DNA from: an uncultured Gammaproteobacteria bacterium
Lineage (GTDB): Bacteria; Patescibacteriota; Microgenomatia; UBA12405
Assembly: GCA_964544275.1 (NCBI GenBank)
Contig: CAZIZX010000001.1
Coordinates: forward strand, 1-45,642
DNA length: 45,642 nucleotides
Direction of reading: 5' to 3'
Position 1 is the stretch's first letter. Each line of letters opens with the position of its first letter. Position numbers and translations under genes: made by a program. Shown piece after piece: positions 44,507 through 45,642 of this stretch. Below the pieces are notes generated by a model. It did no database searches. It was not told where the DNA came from and saw only the letters and a list, made by a program, of their open reading frames with translations.

Positions 44507-45544
44507 ATGATTACCCGAATTCTTTACAACGAAGAAAAAGACCAATACAGCCAACTAGTCCATCACCCGGTCCAAACTTGGGAATGGGGCGACTTTCAAA
44601 CTTCACAAGGGCACCGTGTTTACCGATTAGGCGTATTTGACAAAGAAAAAATGATTTCTGCCTATTCAGTTAGTTTTCACTCCCTCCCCAAGACTAACTA
44701 TACTATCGGCACTTTACTCCGTGGCCCTTCAGTGACCAAGGATATGATTACTAATGTAGCCAAAATCGCTGGTGAAGAAAATGCCGTTTTTGTTAAATTT
44801 GAACCGGATGAGCTCGAGGCCATTTATAACAAATCTAATCAGCCCAAAAATTTTAATATAAGTTTAGATTTTCCTGGACTCACCTCTTCACCCAAGGTTG
44901 CCTTTTATCCCTATTCATACATCATCGACCTGAACAAATCCTCAGATCAACTTCTCAACGACATGCACCCAAAGACCCGGTACAATATCAAGGTTGCCAA
45001 CCGCTACGGAGTTGTTGTCGAAGAAAAAACTAATAACGGCGGCTTCGAAACCTACCTCAAGTTGCTTTTTGACACCACCAAACGTCAAGGTTTTTATCTT
45101 CACACCGAAAAATACCATCGGGACCTATGGCAGACGCTCAAGAACACCGGCATCCCCAAAATATTTTTGGCATCATACCAAGGCCAAACTCTAGCTGCTT
45201 TCATGCTTTTTATTCTAAAAGACAAACTATTTTATCCCTACGGTTCTTCCAGTGATCTCCATCGTCAAGTTATGGCCCCGACCCTCCTTATGTGGGAAGC
45301 CATTAAATACGGCCAGGAAAAAGGTTGTAAAACTTTTGATATGTGGGGCAGCCTCGGTCCTGAACCCAAACAGTCAGAACAAGGTTACGGCTTCCACCGT
45401 TTTAAGCAGGGTTTTGGTGGACAACTGGTCCGGTATGTTGGTACTTATGACCTGGTTATCAATCCCCAGGCCTACCGTTTATACAATTTAATCGACAAAT
45501 ATCGTTGGAAATATCTACGTCTTAAAGCAAAAATACTCAAGTAA
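44507..45544 (+). CDS. FemAB/FemX-family lipid II aminoacyl (peptidyl) transferase
   Basis: HPVQTWEWG, RGP, VKFEP, KTRYNIKVA, YPYGSSS, LLMWEAI, FDMWG, RFKQGFGG. Confidence 0.92.
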   Translation: MITRILYNEEKDQYSQLVHHPVQTWEWGDFQTSQGHRVYRLGVFDKEKMISAYSVSFHSLPKTNYTIGTLLRGPSVTKDMITNVAKIAGEENAVFVKFEPDELEAIYNKSNQPKNFNISLDFPGLTSSPKVAFYPYSYIIDLNKSSDQLLNDMHPKTRYNIKVANRYGVVVEEKTNNGGFETYLKLLFDTTKRQGFYLHTEKYHRDLWQTLKNTGIPKIFLASYQGQTLAAFMLFILKDKLFYPYGSSSDLHRQVMAPTLLMWEAIKYGQEKGCKTFDMWGSLGPEPKQSEQGYGFHRFKQGFGGQLVRYVGTYDLVINPQAYRLYNLIDKYRWKYLRLKAKILK

Positions 45545-45586
45545 ACAAATTAATAATTTTTAGCAATTTTAACTTATAATATAGCC

Positions 45587-45642
45587 ATGTCAGTGGGAAA
45601 AAAAATCAACCGATCCGAATTAGAGCATGTAGCCCATTTGGC
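45587..45642 (+). CDS. gatC: Asp-tRNA(Asn)/Glu-tRNA(Gln) amidotransferase subunit C, 5' partial
   Basis: MSVGKKINRSELEHVAHLA matches the I...EV.HVA.LA(RL) start; TATAAT 6 nt upstream; truncated by the window edge. Confidence 0.7.
   Translation, partial: MSVGKKINRSELEHVAHL

Noticed and set aside
1-45642. Alternative genetic code (TGA=Gly as in Gracilibacteria/SR1)
   Set aside because: Conserved genes are full-length under the standard code and TGA terminates ORFs at expected ends (e.g. 1272, 8703).

Overview
This 45.6 kb window looks like chromosomal DNA from a Patescibacteria/CPR bacterium, probably Microgenomates (e.g. Shapirobacteria). That assignment is inferred from gene content, Pro/Thr-rich surface proteins, AT-rich SD-poor leaders and TGA used as a stop. 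About 50 tightly packed CDSs are present. Housekeeping: rarA, uvrD/pcrA, metG, map, folD, tatD, rpsT, murJ, FemAB-family, partial gatC. Redox/energy: 2-oxoacid:ferredoxin oxidoreductase alpha/beta, Fe/Mn SOD, Nramp-like transporter, ATM1-like ABC exporter. DNA repair: AlkD-like and Ogt-like. A small two-component cluster includes a degenerate kinase. Cell-surface genes dominate: (i) a two-gene operon of Asn/Gly-repeat secreted proteins, a small soluble subunit plus a large membrane-anchored one, organised like curli/Fap; (ii) a sortase-domain protein on a Pro/Thr stalk; (iii) PilN/PilO-like genes followed by two Pro/Thr-rich proteins ending in LPxAG-like motif + TM; (iv) a UbiA/DPPR-synthase + PAP2 + several GT-C glycosyltransferase cluster. 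Positions ~164-619 are non-coding and strongly structured (five hairpins, a perfect 15-bp long-range inverted repeat) and match no RNA family I can recognise. I found no tRNA, rRNA, CRISPR array, transposase or reverse transcriptase. All family calls come from motif recognition by eye, not database searches.
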